From contig JAUHZB010000004.1 of assembly GCA_030426125.1 (NCBI GenBank), positions 9,253 through 73,252 on the forward strand: a stretch of 64,000 nucleotides of DNA, read 5' to 3'. Position numbers and translations under genes: made by a program. This DNA is from a bacterium (GTDB lineage: Bacteria; Patescibacteriota; Saccharimonadia; Saccharimonadales; AWTP1-31). The notes below the pieces were generated by a model. That model saw nothing but the letters and a program-made list of their open reading frames with translations. It was not told where the DNA came from and did no database searches. Below, one piece after another: positions 1-10,231 of the stretch; the first letter of the stretch is position 1; the number at the start of each line of letters is the position of its first letter.

Positions 1-873
1 AATACTTATGCCAAGATACGTAGCCTTGAGACGACTACCAACCAGTCAATAGACAAGGCTCTACCTTCTAGCCCGGTAATTATTTCTGGCTTTAAAGCAC
101 TACCTAAGTTCGGTGATCAGTTCCAGGTGGCAAATAACGAAAAGGAAGCTCGTCAGCTAGCTGAAAAGGCTGGTCTAGCAGGTCAAAGTGGGCCAAGAAA
201 AGGTGACATTGGTGGCGGTGAGCTAATTCGTATGATAAATCAGGCTAACGAAGTGACCGGATACCCAGTAATTATTAAAGCCGATGTGCAGGGTTCCTTA
301 ACTTCTGTTATTGATAGCATAAAGGCTCTAGACACTGATGAGGTCGCTGTAAGAGTAGTGAGCAGTGGTGTTGGATCAATTAATGAAAATGATATCCAAC
401 TTGCAAAAAGTAGTGGCGCAGTTATTTATGGGTTCAATATTCAGTTGGCTACAAACATAAAGAGACTAGCAAGCAGAGATAAGGTTGACGTAAAGATGTA
501 TAGCGTTATCTACGAATTAATTGACGACGTCAAAGCTGGACTTAGTGCTCTACTGGCACCAGATGTTGTAGAAAAAGCAAAGGGTACATTAGTTGTTAAA
601 GGAATTTTTAAGACTACTAAAACAGAGGTTATATGCGGTGGTGAGGTTAGCTCTGGAAAATTAACCGCTCCTTCGATCGCCCTAGTTTATAGGAAGAAAG
701 ATCAAATAGCAGAGGTTGAAGTTACTAACCTCAAAAAAGGACCTCAAGACGTTAAAGAGGTTGTCGAGGGTGAAATGTGCGGGGTAAATATTGCTACTAC
801 CTCAAAAGTTGAACTACAAGAGGGTGATGAAATTCGCTTTATATCCAGGGAGACAATAGCCAGGTCGCTGTAG
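1..873 (+). CDS. infB: Translation initiation factor IF-2, C-terminal part (5' truncated by window)
   Basis: Frame open from base 1; motifs IIKADVQGS, GVGSINENDI, YSVIYELIDDV, VKEVVEGEMCG typical of IF-2 C-terminal domains. Confidence 0.95.
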   Translation, partial: NTYAKIRSLETTTNQSIDKALPSSPVIISGFKALPKFGDQFQVANNEKEARQLAEKAGLAGQSGPRKGDIGGGELIRMINQANEVTGYPVIIKADVQGSLTSVIDSIKALDTDEVAVRVVSSGVGSINENDIQLAKSSGAVIYGFNIQLATNIKRLASRDKVDVKMYSVIYELIDDVKAGLSALLAPDVVEKAKGTLVVKGIFKTTKTEVICGGEVSSGKLTAPSIALVYRKKDQIAEVEVTNLKKGPQDVKEVVEGEMCGVNIATTSKVELQEGDEIRFISRETIARSL

Positions 874-892
874 ACAGGAAAGGGTACAGATA

Positions 893-2371
893 ATGGAAGA
901 AATGCCAAACATTAACCCCAACCAACACAAAGAAGAGGATGAGCAGCAAGAAGATCAATCTATATCGCGTCGCGAATTATTCGGTGATTCTTGGAGGCGT
1001 TTTAGGGATAGATTTAGAGAGCCGGGGGTTGAAATAGCAGAACAAGTTCAATTTAGTGAAGAGCAAGAAAACATTAAGCATGAAAAAGACAAAGATGACG
1101 ATGACGAGGATGATCTAATTACTTCCGAATCCGATCAACAAACAAAGAAAACTAAATCTAAAAAGAGCTCTAAATCTACTTTAAAGAAAAACAAAGTTGA
1201 CGACATCGAATCCGACATCAGCACAGGACGGAAAGTAGATAGTGCAGATCAAGAGGATAGTTCTTCCGATGATGATAGTGAGAATAGTATTGATGATGAA
1301 CACCAGATAGAAGTTCAAGAAATACCGCACCAAAAGGAGGCTAGTCAAGAGGAGACCAATTTATTGGACTTAGACAGACCTCTAGAGCTGTTTAATCGAC
1401 AAAATGAAGGAAGTGACAGTCAGGGTCAGGGTCTAGATGATGTCGAGCAAATGCAAAGTATCGACCGAGGAGACGACCAGAAACAAGCTGATGATAGTTT
1501 AACTCCGATATCTCAGGTTATACGGAATAAGCCTTCTCTAAAAAGGGCTAGAGGGTACAGTAGCAATATTGCTACTACTACGCCAGAAGATACTGGATTC
1601 TCCCAGACTAGAAATAATAAACATAATAATAGGATTGAATCGTCACCCCGGCATAGGCATCATCGCCTGATAGCCCTAGACATATTAAATTATGGTTTAG
1701 CTTTAAGGCGGGATAACAAAAACCGGCGACTTAGTGATCGAAAAATGCAGAGACTTTCCGAGGAAGTTAAGAAACAATTTAGGCGAGCTGAACAACCAAA
1801 ATCCTCAGCCCAAACAACAGAGAATGCTAAAATAAACAATATTTATCACAACGAAACAGTGGTAGTAAGTGAAAGTGTGGATCCAATTAGACATACACAA
1901 ACTGTTGATAAACTAACAATAGAAGAAAACATTAATCGTATTAATTCTGAACAAACTAATGATCAACTTGAATCCAGTAAGCCTTCAATTTTTAGGTCTT
2001 CAGAAATTCCACAATCTCAATTAGGGGCAACCAGTAGTCCGGAGGTAGCAATTGAGAGAACGGACGCAAGAGTTGAAGAGGTGGTTGTAAATGATGAAAT
2101 TGAGAAGATTAGAGCTGAGTACAAAAAACTCCTTAAAACCAACGATGTCAGTTATAGCAACCAGGTTTGGGACTACGGTTCTCCAACGGCTCCTCCAAAC
2201 CAACAAAGTCCAGGTAGCCAGCAACTATCTAGTGGCGTAAATATTCCTCCAGCAACTGGCGCCGGTAAGCAGCCAACCAACGATTACAAACAGCTGGTTG
2301 TGCCTAGTCTGAGTGGGGCAATTGCTGGTATTGTGGTGTTTATAATATTATATGTGATAAGTGCGCTGTAA
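893..2371 (+). CDS. Hypothetical acidic, low-complexity protein with a single C-terminal transmembrane anchor
   Basis: 492-aa ORF rich in D/E/S/Q, ending in hydrophobic GAIAGIVVFIILYVISAL. Confidence 0.75.
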   Translation: MEEMPNINPNQHKEEDEQQEDQSISRRELFGDSWRRFRDRFREPGVEIAEQVQFSEEQENIKHEKDKDDDDEDDLITSESDQQTKKTKSKKSSKSTLKKNKVDDIESDISTGRKVDSADQEDSSSDDDSENSIDDEHQIEVQEIPHQKEASQEETNLLDLDRPLELFNRQNEGSDSQGQGLDDVEQMQSIDRGDDQKQADDSLTPISQVIRNKPSLKRARGYSSNIATTTPEDTGFSQTRNNKHNNRIESSPRHRHHRLIALDILNYGLALRRDNKNRRLSDRKMQRLSEEVKKQFRRAEQPKSSAQTTENAKINNIYHNETVVVSESVDPIRHTQTVDKLTIEENINRINSEQTNDQLESSKPSIFRSSEIPQSQLGATSSPEVAIERTDARVEEVVVNDEIEKIRAEYKKLLKTNDVSYSNQVWDYGSPTAPPNQQSPGSQQLSSGVNIPPATGAGKQPTNDYKQLVVPSLSGAIAGIVVFIILYVISAL

Positions 2372-2404
2372 TTTGCTAAACTATAACTGTAAAGGACAAA
2401 AAAT

Positions 2405-2833
2405 ATGTTTAAACTGGACGACAACTTACTAATCGAACTAGGACTAGGTTCATTACCGAACGTTGAAAAAAACCGGATGCTTAGTCATATTTATGAGACT
2501 CTAGAGATGCGGGTTGGTATGAAGCTCGCCCAACAGATGAGTAATGACCAATTGAACGAATTTGAACAGTTGATTGATCAACAGAACGAAGCTGGCGCTC
2601 TAAAATGGCTAGAGACTAACTTCCCAGACTACAAGAAAGTAGTAGCTAGCGAGCTAGAGTCCCTAAAAACTGAGATTAAAACAGAAGCACCTAAGATCAT
2701 AGCTGCTATTGAGCAGAACAATCAATTGGCTCAAAATAACCAACAAAATATTCCTGCTAATCAGCAGCAACCACCGCTAAACTCTAACCCTCAGATGCAA
2801 CAACCTGATAGTTTAAGTGGCAATCAGCAATAA
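2405..2833 (+). CDS. DUF5663-like protein (CPR-associated), Q/N-rich tail
   Basis: N-terminus MFKLDDNLLIELGL...HIYETLEMRVGMKL...WLETNFPDY resembles the Saccharibacteria DUF5663 family (from recall). Confidence 0.7.
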   Translation: MFKLDDNLLIELGLGSLPNVEKNRMLSHIYETLEMRVGMKLAQQMSNDQLNEFEQLIDQQNEAGALKWLETNFPDYKKVVASELESLKTEIKTEAPKIIAAIEQNNQLAQNNQQNIPANQQQPPLNSNPQMQQPDSLSGNQQ

Positions 2834-2871
2834 GTTTAGTAGTAAGGATAATTAGCGTCGATTACTCAGGC

Positions 2872-3795
2872 TTACTTAGCAATTAGGCGTTCTTTATAGC
2901 CAGCTATAAATGATTGGCTGTCCATTTCTTTCTTTCCAGCTGGCTTTAGACTGAGAACTTTAAGAGATTGCTTTTGACAGCCAATAAATAGTTGTTTACC
3001 ATCTATCTTAATTTCGCCCGGCTGAAGTGATTGCTGACTAATTTCAGCCTCTGTAATTATTAAATCTAGCCCATTAAGCTGACATCGACTTTGAGGCCAA
3101 CCCCTGAAGGCTCTAATTTCTCTTTCGATAACTTCAGCTGGTTTATCCCAATTAATTAGGCCGTCTTGCTTGGTTAGTTTTCGAGAATATGACGGTTTAA
3201 TTCCTTTTCTTTTAGTAATGGATTCTTGATCAGTTAGCTGTATTTGTCCGGCTAGGTATTTTGGTATGTATCGGGGTAGCATACCAGCGCTAAGCTGAAC
3301 TAAGGATTCCGTTAAATGTTGTATATCTGTATCTTTAGGTATCTCATGGCTTTCTTGGGCGATAATCGGTCCCTCATCTAGTGCTTCAACTATTCGCATC
3401 AGTGATACGCCAGTAGTTTTTTGGCCAGACAGGAGGGCGAAAGTTATCGGATCGGCTCCACGCCACTCTGGTAATAAAGAAAAGTGACTGTTAACAATGC
3501 CAAATTTGAAATAATCTATTACTGATTTAGAGATAATAATACCGAAGTCAATTACTAAGCCAACCTGACTATTAAACGAATTTTCATTAAATATTTCATC
3601 TAGTTCTATTCTATTCTTAGGTGTAAAAGTGGATATATTATGTTCGTTTGCAAAGTCTAATACAGGTGCAATATTCTTTTTGATTTTCGGTTTCGTGATA
3701 ATGGCTTCGATAGTAAATTTGTCGATAATCAACTCTAGAGATCTACAGGCAACCGGTCCAGCTCCAAAGAAGACTATCGATGGCTTATCTTTCAT
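2872..3795 (-). CDS. fmt: Methionyl-tRNA formyltransferase
   Basis: NSHFSLLPEWRGADP and LDEGPI motifs; follows def; ATG at 3795 preferred as start. Confidence 0.95.
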   Translation of the reverse strand: MKDKPSIVFFGAGPVACRSLELIIDKFTIEAIITKPKIKKNIAPVLDFANEHNISTFTPKNRIELDEIFNENSFNSQVGLVIDFGIIISKSVIDYFKFGIVNSHFSLLPEWRGADPITFALLSGQKTTGVSLMRIVEALDEGPIIAQESHEIPKDTDIQHLTESLVQLSAGMLPRYIPKYLAGQIQLTDQESITKRKGIKPSYSRKLTKQDGLINWDKPAEVIEREIRAFRGWPQSRCQLNGLDLIITEAEISQQSLQPGEIKIDGKQLFIGCQKQSLKVLSLKPAGKKEMDSQSFIAGYKERLIAK

Positions 3796-3797
3796 GG

Positions 3798-4388
3798 TCA
3801 CCAAAGTACTTTGCTGTTTTTAACATTTTTCTGATAATCTATTTGCTCTAGTTTACCGTCTTTAGTGAGTTCGAAAAAAGCATCCGGTTCATCTTTAATA
3901 TGATCTACAAAAAGCTTACCTTGAGTATGATCAACTTCGTGCTGGAGGACTCTAGCTAGAAAACCCTCAGCCTTCATTTTAATGGTTTTGCCGTCCAGAG
4001 TTTGAGCTTTAAGTCTAATTTTTGAAGATCTAGGCACTAAACCATAGACAGACTTGATGCTTAAACAGCCCTCGTAGTCAGTTTCTATTTCACCTTCATA
4101 TTTGGTTATCTCGGGGTTAATGAGGGCGGTGTATTCAGCCGGGCTTCCGTGTTCAAAATCATCTCTAACAATAATTACTCTTAGTAGTACGTCGATTTGA
4201 ACAGCTGCTAAGGCTACGGTTACCTCATGGTCTCGACTAGCGTCCCAGTCTATAACAGCCGTAACCATATCATCAATAGTTTTTTGGATATCTTTAGTAA
4301 TGATGCCTACTTTTTTCGATTTCTTCCTTAGATCTGGGTGTGGCAGGGTGATTATGCTATCGCGGGGGTTAGTTTGTGCTTGTTTCAT
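3798..4388 (-). CDS. def: Peptide deformylase
   Basis: LAAVQI, EGCLS and QHEVDH motifs. Confidence 0.95.
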   Translation of the reverse strand: MKQAQTNPRDSIITLPHPDLRKKSKKVGIITKDIQKTIDDMVTAVIDWDASRDHEVTVALAAVQIDVLLRVIIVRDDFEHGSPAEYTALINPEITKYEGEIETDYEGCLSIKSVYGLVPRSSKIRLKAQTLDGKTIKMKAEGFLARVLQHEVDHTQGKLFVDHIKDEPDAFFELTKDGKLEQIDYQKNVKNSKVLW

Positions 4389-4425
4389 TGAGGAGATTAT
4401 AACAATATATCTGATCTATATATAA

Positions 4426-6381
4426 TTAAAGTAGATTTATTGGATCTAAATCATAGTTTATATTCTTTGGTAGCTTGGAAATTATGGTTAGTAGGTAAGA
4501 TCTGCTCGATGACTTTACTATTATTTGCCAGTTCAGTGACCCCATAGCATGCTCGTTAAAGCGTGGTGCCGGGCCGTTTATCTCAACGTTTAAGTTCAGG
4601 TTATCAATCGCAGTAATAATTTGCTTAGAGGTTTGTAGTATGGATTTTTCAGTCTTGCGCTGGATTATTATTTTTAAAATGTAGCAATACGGGGGTAGGT
4701 GAAAGTCGGATCTTTGCTGTAGTTGGCTATTATAGAATTCATGCCAGCTGTCAGAGGTGGCTGCTAGTAAAGAGGCTGAGGTTGGGTTTAGGGTTTGGAT
4801 CACTACTGTTCCTTTACTATGACCTCTAGAAACCCGACCAATTATTTGTTTTAGTAATTGGTAATTGTTTTCTTCAGAACGGTAATCGGGGAAGCTTAAA
4901 TTAGAATCAGCAGATATTATGCCGACCAATCCTAGTTTGGGGAGATCAAGACCTTTGGCTAGAATTTGAGTTCCAACTATTATCTGAACCTTACCAGCTT
5001 TGACTTCGGCAAAGTTGTTTTCTAATTTTTCTGATTTTGATGAATCAGTATCAAACCGTTTTATGTTTACCCCAGGGAAGGAGGCTTGCAATTGGTCGAA
5101 CAGCGATTTTGTGCCCAGCACTCGGTATGATATTTGGCTCGAACCACAGTTAGAACAATTAATAACAGCCTGCTTAGTATAGCCACAAGTATGACACCGT
5201 AGTTGATGCTTATCGTGATGAAAGGTTAAGGGTATCTGACAACTAGGACACAGCTCTATCCAGCCACAGCTATCACAGTTGACTAAGCGAGCGCTACCAC
5301 GCTTATTCAAGAAAATGAGGGATTGTTGGTTGTTTCTTAAGGCCTTTTTTATCTCAGTGATTAAGGTTGAGGATAGTTGTCTGTGACTGGGGAACTGATC
5401 TTTGTTCTTGATATCAATTATCTTGATGTCCGGTTTGTGTTGAACTCCAGTTGCTTTAGTTTGCATTTTCAAAATCGGCAGTTGTTTTGATTTAAATAGA
5501 TAGTAATCGGTGATGTTGGGGGTTGCTGAGCCCAATACTAATTTGGCGTTATGTAGCTTTGCTAAATGACCAGCGACGAATAAGGCATTATATTTTGGGA
5601 ATTGATCCTGCTTATATGATGAATCATGACACTCATCAATAACAATAAGACCGAGATTTTTAATCGGGCTAAATAGTGCTGAACGAGCGCCGATTACAAC
5701 TACAGGTTGTTTGGACCTAATGATTTTTAGCCAAATGGTTCTTTTTTGTGCTTCTGTTAGGTTGGAATGGATTACAAATATGGGGGCATCGTTTGTGTGT
5801 TTAAAATCGGATAATAATTGTGGGGTTAAGCTAATTTCAGGAGTTAGGATCAAGCAATCTTGACCTTCACGAAGCTGTTTGATTGCTAATTCAATGTATA
5901 CTCTAGTTTTCCCGGTGCCGGTTTCGCCGTGAATTAGGAATGAAGAGTGCTTAGTGTCGCTAACAATACTACTAATCACTTCGCTTTGTTCTTTAGTTAA
6001 ATTAACATTATTGGCGGGTTGTTTTTTTGCTTCAGGTTGCTTATCGGTAGTTTCTTTGGCTAGCTTAGTGGTTCTTGCTGACAGTTGTTTAGGGGTGAAT
6101 AGTGAGGCCACACTAGAAATGTTAGAAGGGTAGTAAGATGCTATCCAACTAATAAGCTTTATTTTTTGTTGGGGTAGCACTAAGTCGTCGAAGACTTCAG
6201 TAATTGGTTTTAGCTTGTAGTCTGGTTTGGCGGTGTTTTTTATCACTATTGCAGTGGTCTGTTGGTTGCGCAGTGGTACATTTACTATAGTGCCCGGAAT
6301 AATTTGTTCCGGATGGCTATAGGTAAGCGCTTCGCTCCCATGGTATTTATTACTAGTAACTAGTACCTCAAAGTAGTTCAC
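4426..6381 (-). CDS. priA: Primosomal protein N' (replication restart helicase)
   Basis: GETGTGKT Walker A, DECH box, four CxxC pairs, KGLDLP. Confidence 0.95.
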   Translation of the reverse strand: MNYFEVLVTSNKYHGSEALTYSHPEQIIPGTIVNVPLRNQQTTAIVIKNTAKPDYKLKPITEVFDDLVLPQQKIKLISWIASYYPSNISSVASLFTPKQLSARTTKLAKETTDKQPEAKKQPANNVNLTKEQSEVISSIVSDTKHSSFLIHGETGTGKTRVYIELAIKQLREGQDCLILTPEISLTPQLLSDFKHTNDAPIFVIHSNLTEAQKRTIWLKIIRSKQPVVVIGARSALFSPIKNLGLIVIDECHDSSYKQDQFPKYNALFVAGHLAKLHNAKLVLGSATPNITDYYLFKSKQLPILKMQTKATGVQHKPDIKIIDIKNKDQFPSHRQLSSTLITEIKKALRNNQQSLIFLNKRGSARLVNCDSCGWIELCPSCQIPLTFHHDKHQLRCHTCGYTKQAVINCSNCGSSQISYRVLGTKSLFDQLQASFPGVNIKRFDTDSSKSEKLENNFAEVKAGKVQIIVGTQILAKGLDLPKLGLVGIISADSNLSFPDYRSEENNYQLLKQIIGRVSRGHSKGTVVIQTLNPTSASLLAATSDSWHEFYNSQLQQRSDFHLPPYCYILKIIIQRKTEKSILQTSKQIITAIDNLNLNVEINGPAPRFNEHAMGSLNWQIIVKSSSRSYLLTIISKLPKNINYDLDPINLL

Positions 6382-6479
6382 ATAGCTAGTATAACGACTT
6401 AGTTAATAGATTACTTGAATTTGTATTAATTAATCGCTATAATTTTGATTACGTTGTTTGAAAAACAATATTAAAGCTT

Positions 6480-6764
6480 ATGTTAGATGTATTTATAACT
6501 TCACGAGTCAGACGGAAAATCATAGTCGTATACGCAAAGTATCCCGACTTTAAAACCCATGTTAGAGGGCTAGCAAAACTCATTAAAGAGGATGCTGGAA
6601 ACATACAGAGGGAACTTAAGCGTCTGGAGAAGATTGGTTTTCTTATTTCTGAGAAACAAGGTAACACCAAGATTTACCATACTAATAAGCAGTTTGCGAT
6701 TTTTAAAGAATTGCAAAGTATTGTATTGAAATCGCAGAGATTGCATCAGAAAAAGACAAGATAA
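6480..6764 (+). CDS. Small winged helix-turn-helix transcriptional regulator
   Basis: HVRGLAKLIKEDAGNIQRELKRLEKIGFL followed by beta-wing GNTKIY. Confidence 0.8.
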   Translation: MLDVFITSRVRRKIIVVYAKYPDFKTHVRGLAKLIKEDAGNIQRELKRLEKIGFLISEKQGNTKIYHTNKQFAIFKELQSIVLKSQRLHQKKTR

Positions 6765-6771
6765 AATACAG

Positions 6772-6800
6772 TTGTAAAAAAGGTAAGAGTAAAGTATAAT
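6772..6800 (+). promoter_or_regulatory. Sigma70-type promoter of rpsU (leaderless)
   Basis: TTGTAA-17 nt-TATAAT, 7 nt before the ATG at 6808. Confidence 0.7.
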
Positions 6801-6807
6801 TTAAATA

Positions 6808-7023
6808 ATGATTCAGGTTAAACGTAAAGATTCAAAAGAGTCCTTCGAGAATTTACTGCGAAGGTTCAATAGAAAAGTCCAGCAGTCTGGTGTATTGGCT
6901 ATTGCTAAAGAGGCAAAATATTTCCAAAAACCAATTAGCAAGACTGAAAGACGAAAAAAAGCTATTATCCGCAAAGAGCGCAAAGCTATTAAGGTTAAGA
7001 AACTAAAGCTCGGTATTAGATAA
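6808..7023 (+). CDS. rpsU: 30S ribosomal protein S21
   Basis: ESFENLLRRFNRKV...YFQKP; precedes yqeY. Confidence 0.9.
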   Translation: MIQVKRKDSKESFENLLRRFNRKVQQSGVLAIAKEAKYFQKPISKTERRKKAIIRKERKAIKVKKLKLGIR

Positions 7024-7039
7024 TAACTGTTGTTATTGC

Positions 7040-7495
7040 ATGAACATAAAGCAACGTTTGGAAAAAGACTTAAAAACAGCCATGCTGGCTGGTGATAAAT
7101 TTAAGGTAACCACACTAAGGGGTCTGAAGAGTAGTATTCTAAATGTTGAAGTAGCTGAAGGTTCAAGAGAAAACGGACTCAATAATCAACGGATTATTTC
7201 ACTGCTAAACAAAGAGGCTAAGCAGCGCCAAGAGTCTGCCGATATGTATGTTTCGGCTGGCAGTCAGCAGAAAGCAGATCAGGAACTGGCCGAAAAAAAG
7301 ATCATTAGCCAGTATCTACCGGAGCAGATGTCAGAGTCAGAGCTGAGGAGTGTAGTAGAGAAAATTGCAACCGAAGCTAACTACTCAGAAATGCGACAAA
7401 TGGGCCAACTTATTGCTGACGTCAAGGACAAGACCAAAGGCACAGCCGAGGGCTCTATGATTGCCAAACTAGCTAAGGAGTATTTGACTAAATGA
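7040..7495 (+). CDS. GatB/YqeY domain protein
   Basis: DLKTAMLAGDK, KQRQESADMY, YLPEQMSE, MGQLI. Confidence 0.9.
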   Translation: MNIKQRLEKDLKTAMLAGDKFKVTTLRGLKSSILNVEVAEGSRENGLNNQRIISLLNKEAKQRQESADMYVSAGSQQKADQELAEKKIISQYLPEQMSESELRSVVEKIATEANYSEMRQMGQLIADVKDKTKGTAEGSMIAKLAKEYLTK

Positions 7496-8019
7496 TAATT
7501 CTAGCAGGTGTTCCGGGTGCTGGTAAAAGTATGCAAGGTCGGCTATTAGCTGATGAGAAGGGCTATGCCTGGATATCTACCGGTGAAATACTTAGAGTAT
7601 TAGTTACTGGTAAACGACGTCACGAAATGCAGGAAGGCAAACTACTGAGTGATGCTGAAATGATCAGAATGATAGACAAAGTATTAGATCTAATTGATCT
7701 GAACGAAGAATTCGTCCTAGATGGTTTCCCAAGAACTATAAAACAAGCTGACTGGTTGATGGATCAAGTATCAATGGGTCGTTTTAAAGTATCGGCTGTA
7801 TTTCATTTAATATCTGATCAGAAAGAGATAACTCGTCGCTTGCAGAGCAGGGGTCGAAAAGACGACACCATAGAGGCTATAAAGACCCGGTTCGATGAGT
7901 ACGAGAACGTAACGTTGCCAATATTAAAAGATTACAAAAAGCATGGCATTAATGTGTATGACATTGATGGTTCTCAGTCTCCACAACAGGTTCACAAACA
8001 AATAACAGATTGTTTGTAG
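7492..8019 (+). CDS. adk: Adenylate kinase / NMP kinase (short LID)
   Basis: GVPGAGKS P-loop, ISTGEILR, LDGFPR, RGRKDD; adjacent to map. Confidence 0.85.
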   Translation: MIILAGVPGAGKSMQGRLLADEKGYAWISTGEILRVLVTGKRRHEMQEGKLLSDAEMIRMIDKVLDLIDLNEEFVLDGFPRTIKQADWLMDQVSMGRFKVSAVFHLISDQKEITRRLQSRGRKDDTIEAIKTRFDEYENVTLPILKDYKKHGINVYDIDGSQSPQQVHKQITDCL

Positions 8020-8034
8020 GTAGAGGTTGTTTTT

Positions 8035-8787
8035 ATGTATACAAGAGTAAAAACTACTCAAGAAATTGAGGCTATGCGCCAAGCCGGTAAACAGCTGGCA
8101 ACAGTACTTGATTATTTAAAAAAGAATATTCAGGTTGGAATGAGTACAAAAGAATTAGCTGAACTGGCTAAAAAGCGCTTAAAAGAGCTTGGCGGTAAGC
8201 CTTCATTCTTAGGATATTATGGTTTTCCTGATGTTATCTGCATATCTGTAAATGAGGAAGTTGTTCACGGTATTCCAGGCGACAGGATTATTTACGATGG
8301 TGATATTGTCAGCATGGATTTTGGGGTAACGATCGACAATATGATTACCGACTCTGCCATAAGCGTTGTTGCTGGAACAACTAAAGACAAGAAGGCTGCA
8401 GATCTATTGACCGCAACAGAGGAAGCCTTAATGGCAGGTATAAAGAAAGCTAGAGATGGTGTGCGAGTAGGTGAGATAGCTAACGCTATTGAGAAGGTGT
8501 TAAATAGACAACATTTAGGCATAGTAAAAGAGCTGGTTGGACACGGGGTGGGTCATCAACTTCATGAGGAGCCAAATATTCCAAACTATGGGAGTCCCAA
8601 TCAAGGACCAATTTTACGTAGTGGCATGACTATTGCCATTGAGCCAATGGCAACATTGGGTGGTGCTGGGGTTATTACTATGAAAGATGGTTGGACGATA
8701 GCTACTAAAGACCAGAGTCTTTCAGCTCATTTTGAACACACCATTTTAATAAAAGACAATGGTGCCGAAATTTTAACTAAAATATAG
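8035..8787 (+). CDS. map: Type I methionine aminopeptidase
   Basis: ISVNEEVVHGIP, GHGVG..LHEEP, IEPM, SAHFEHT. Confidence 0.97.
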   Translation: MYTRVKTTQEIEAMRQAGKQLATVLDYLKKNIQVGMSTKELAELAKKRLKELGGKPSFLGYYGFPDVICISVNEEVVHGIPGDRIIYDGDIVSMDFGVTIDNMITDSAISVVAGTTKDKKAADLLTATEEALMAGIKKARDGVRVGEIANAIEKVLNRQHLGIVKELVGHGVGHQLHEEPNIPNYGSPNQGPILRSGMTIAIEPMATLGGAGVITMKDGWTIATKDQSLSAHFEHTILIKDNGAEILTKI

Positions 8788-8875
8788 ATTAGCGCTACTG
8801 CCGGTAGGTACTTGCTGTATACAAATAATTCTTAAGCAACTTGTTACATAAAACGACAAGCGGTATACTGCACTT

Positions 8876-10108
8876 ATGAGCGAAAACGAAATACAGCATT
8901 TTGTTGGGCTAGACATTGGTACCAACGAAGTCAAATGCGTCGTTGGAAGCCTGGATTCCCAGGAAGATAACAGATTATCTATAATAGGGCACGGCGTCGC
9001 TAGCAATAGTGGCATGAGAAAAGGTACTGTTGTTCGGGTTGGAGATGTTATAGAGTCGGTGGTACAGGCTGTAACTGAGGCAGAAAGAATCTCCGGTTTT
9101 CGCATTAATAGAGCCACAGTTAACGTTAATGGCCCACAAGTGTTGGGCATGAACTCACGGGGTGTAATAGCAATCAGTGCTGCTAATCGAGAAATAACGG
9201 CTGAAGACCGGCTAAGAGTTGAAGAAGCCGCCACAATTGTTAAATTACCTTCGAATCGAGAGATTATCCAAGTATTCGCCAAAAATTATCGTTTAGATGG
9301 ACAAACTGGTATCAAGGATCCTCTTGGTATGAGTGGAGTTAGGCTAGAAGTCGACACCCATATAGTTACAGCTTCAACTCCTACTCTAAAGAATTTAGAC
9401 CTAGTGCTAGAGAAATCACACTTGCAAGCTAATCATCATACGGTCTCCAGTTTAGCAGCTGCTGAAGCTGTTTTAAGCAAACAGCAAAAAGATAGCGGGA
9501 CAGCTCTGATAGACATTGGGGCGGGTACTACAAATTTAGTGGTATTAGAAGAGGGTGAAGTTAGCCACGTGGCAGTGATTCCAATGGGTGGGATAAATAT
9601 TACCAATGATTTAGCCATTGGTCTGAAGACTGATTTAGATATCGCTGATCGCGTCAAGATAGAATATGGGGCACTGAATAAGAAGAATAAAAAGGCACCA
9701 ATATCTTTTATGGTTAACAAAACTCGCCATGAGTTTTCAAATGAAGAAGTAGAAATGATCATCGAAGCACGGATTGAAGAGATTTTTGAATATGTTGATA
9801 AAGAATTAAAGAAGATTCAGCGCTCCAGGAAACTACCTGGCGGTGTGGTCTTGGTCGGAGGAACGGCTAATCTTGGTGGAATTGCTGACTTTGCCAAGGA
9901 GAAACTACAGTTAGCTGCTAGAATTGGTAAAATTCAGGATATCTCAGGTCTGATAGACACTGTGCAATCACCAAAATTTGCTACTGCCGTTGGTCTTATG
10001 ATGTTGGATTTATATCTTGGTGAGTCGACAGCACCATCACAGGAAGGTCAAACCAACAGTAATTTCTTCGGCATGATTGAGGGTCTGATCAAGAGAGTTC
10101 GGAAATAG
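8876..10108 (+). CDS. ftsA: Cell division protein FtsA
   Basis: GLDIGT, DIGAGTT, GGINITNDLA; upstream of ftsZ. Confidence 0.96.
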   Translation: MSENEIQHFVGLDIGTNEVKCVVGSLDSQEDNRLSIIGHGVASNSGMRKGTVVRVGDVIESVVQAVTEAERISGFRINRATVNVNGPQVLGMNSRGVIAISAANREITAEDRLRVEEAATIVKLPSNREIIQVFAKNYRLDGQTGIKDPLGMSGVRLEVDTHIVTASTPTLKNLDLVLEKSHLQANHHTVSSLAAAEAVLSKQQKDSGTALIDIGAGTTNLVVLEEGEVSHVAVIPMGGINITNDLAIGLKTDLDIADRVKIEYGALNKKNKKAPISFMVNKTRHEFSNEEVEMIIEARIEEIFEYVDKELKKIQRSRKLPGGVVLVGGTANLGGIADFAKEKLQLAARIGKIQDISGLIDTVQSPKFATAVGLMMLDLYLGESTAPSQEGQTNSNFFGMIEGLIKRVRK

Positions 10109-10231
10109 TAAAATTCGTTATTCAGTTTTTTATTAATTAACATGCGCTATAATTAATGATTGTTCATTGATAGTAGTAAATTATTGCTATATAATTTTAA
10201 GTATTAAAGAATTAGTTCAAGGATTGTATAT

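Noticed and set aside
2240..2371. IPPATG before the C-terminal TM of the 893-2371 protein as a sortase signal
   Set aside because: Not LPxTG, no basic tail after the TM and no N-terminal signal peptide
8773..9282. 169-aa minus-strand ORF
   Set aside because: Antisense shadow of ftsA with no motif; the same applies to the other short antisense ORFs in the track
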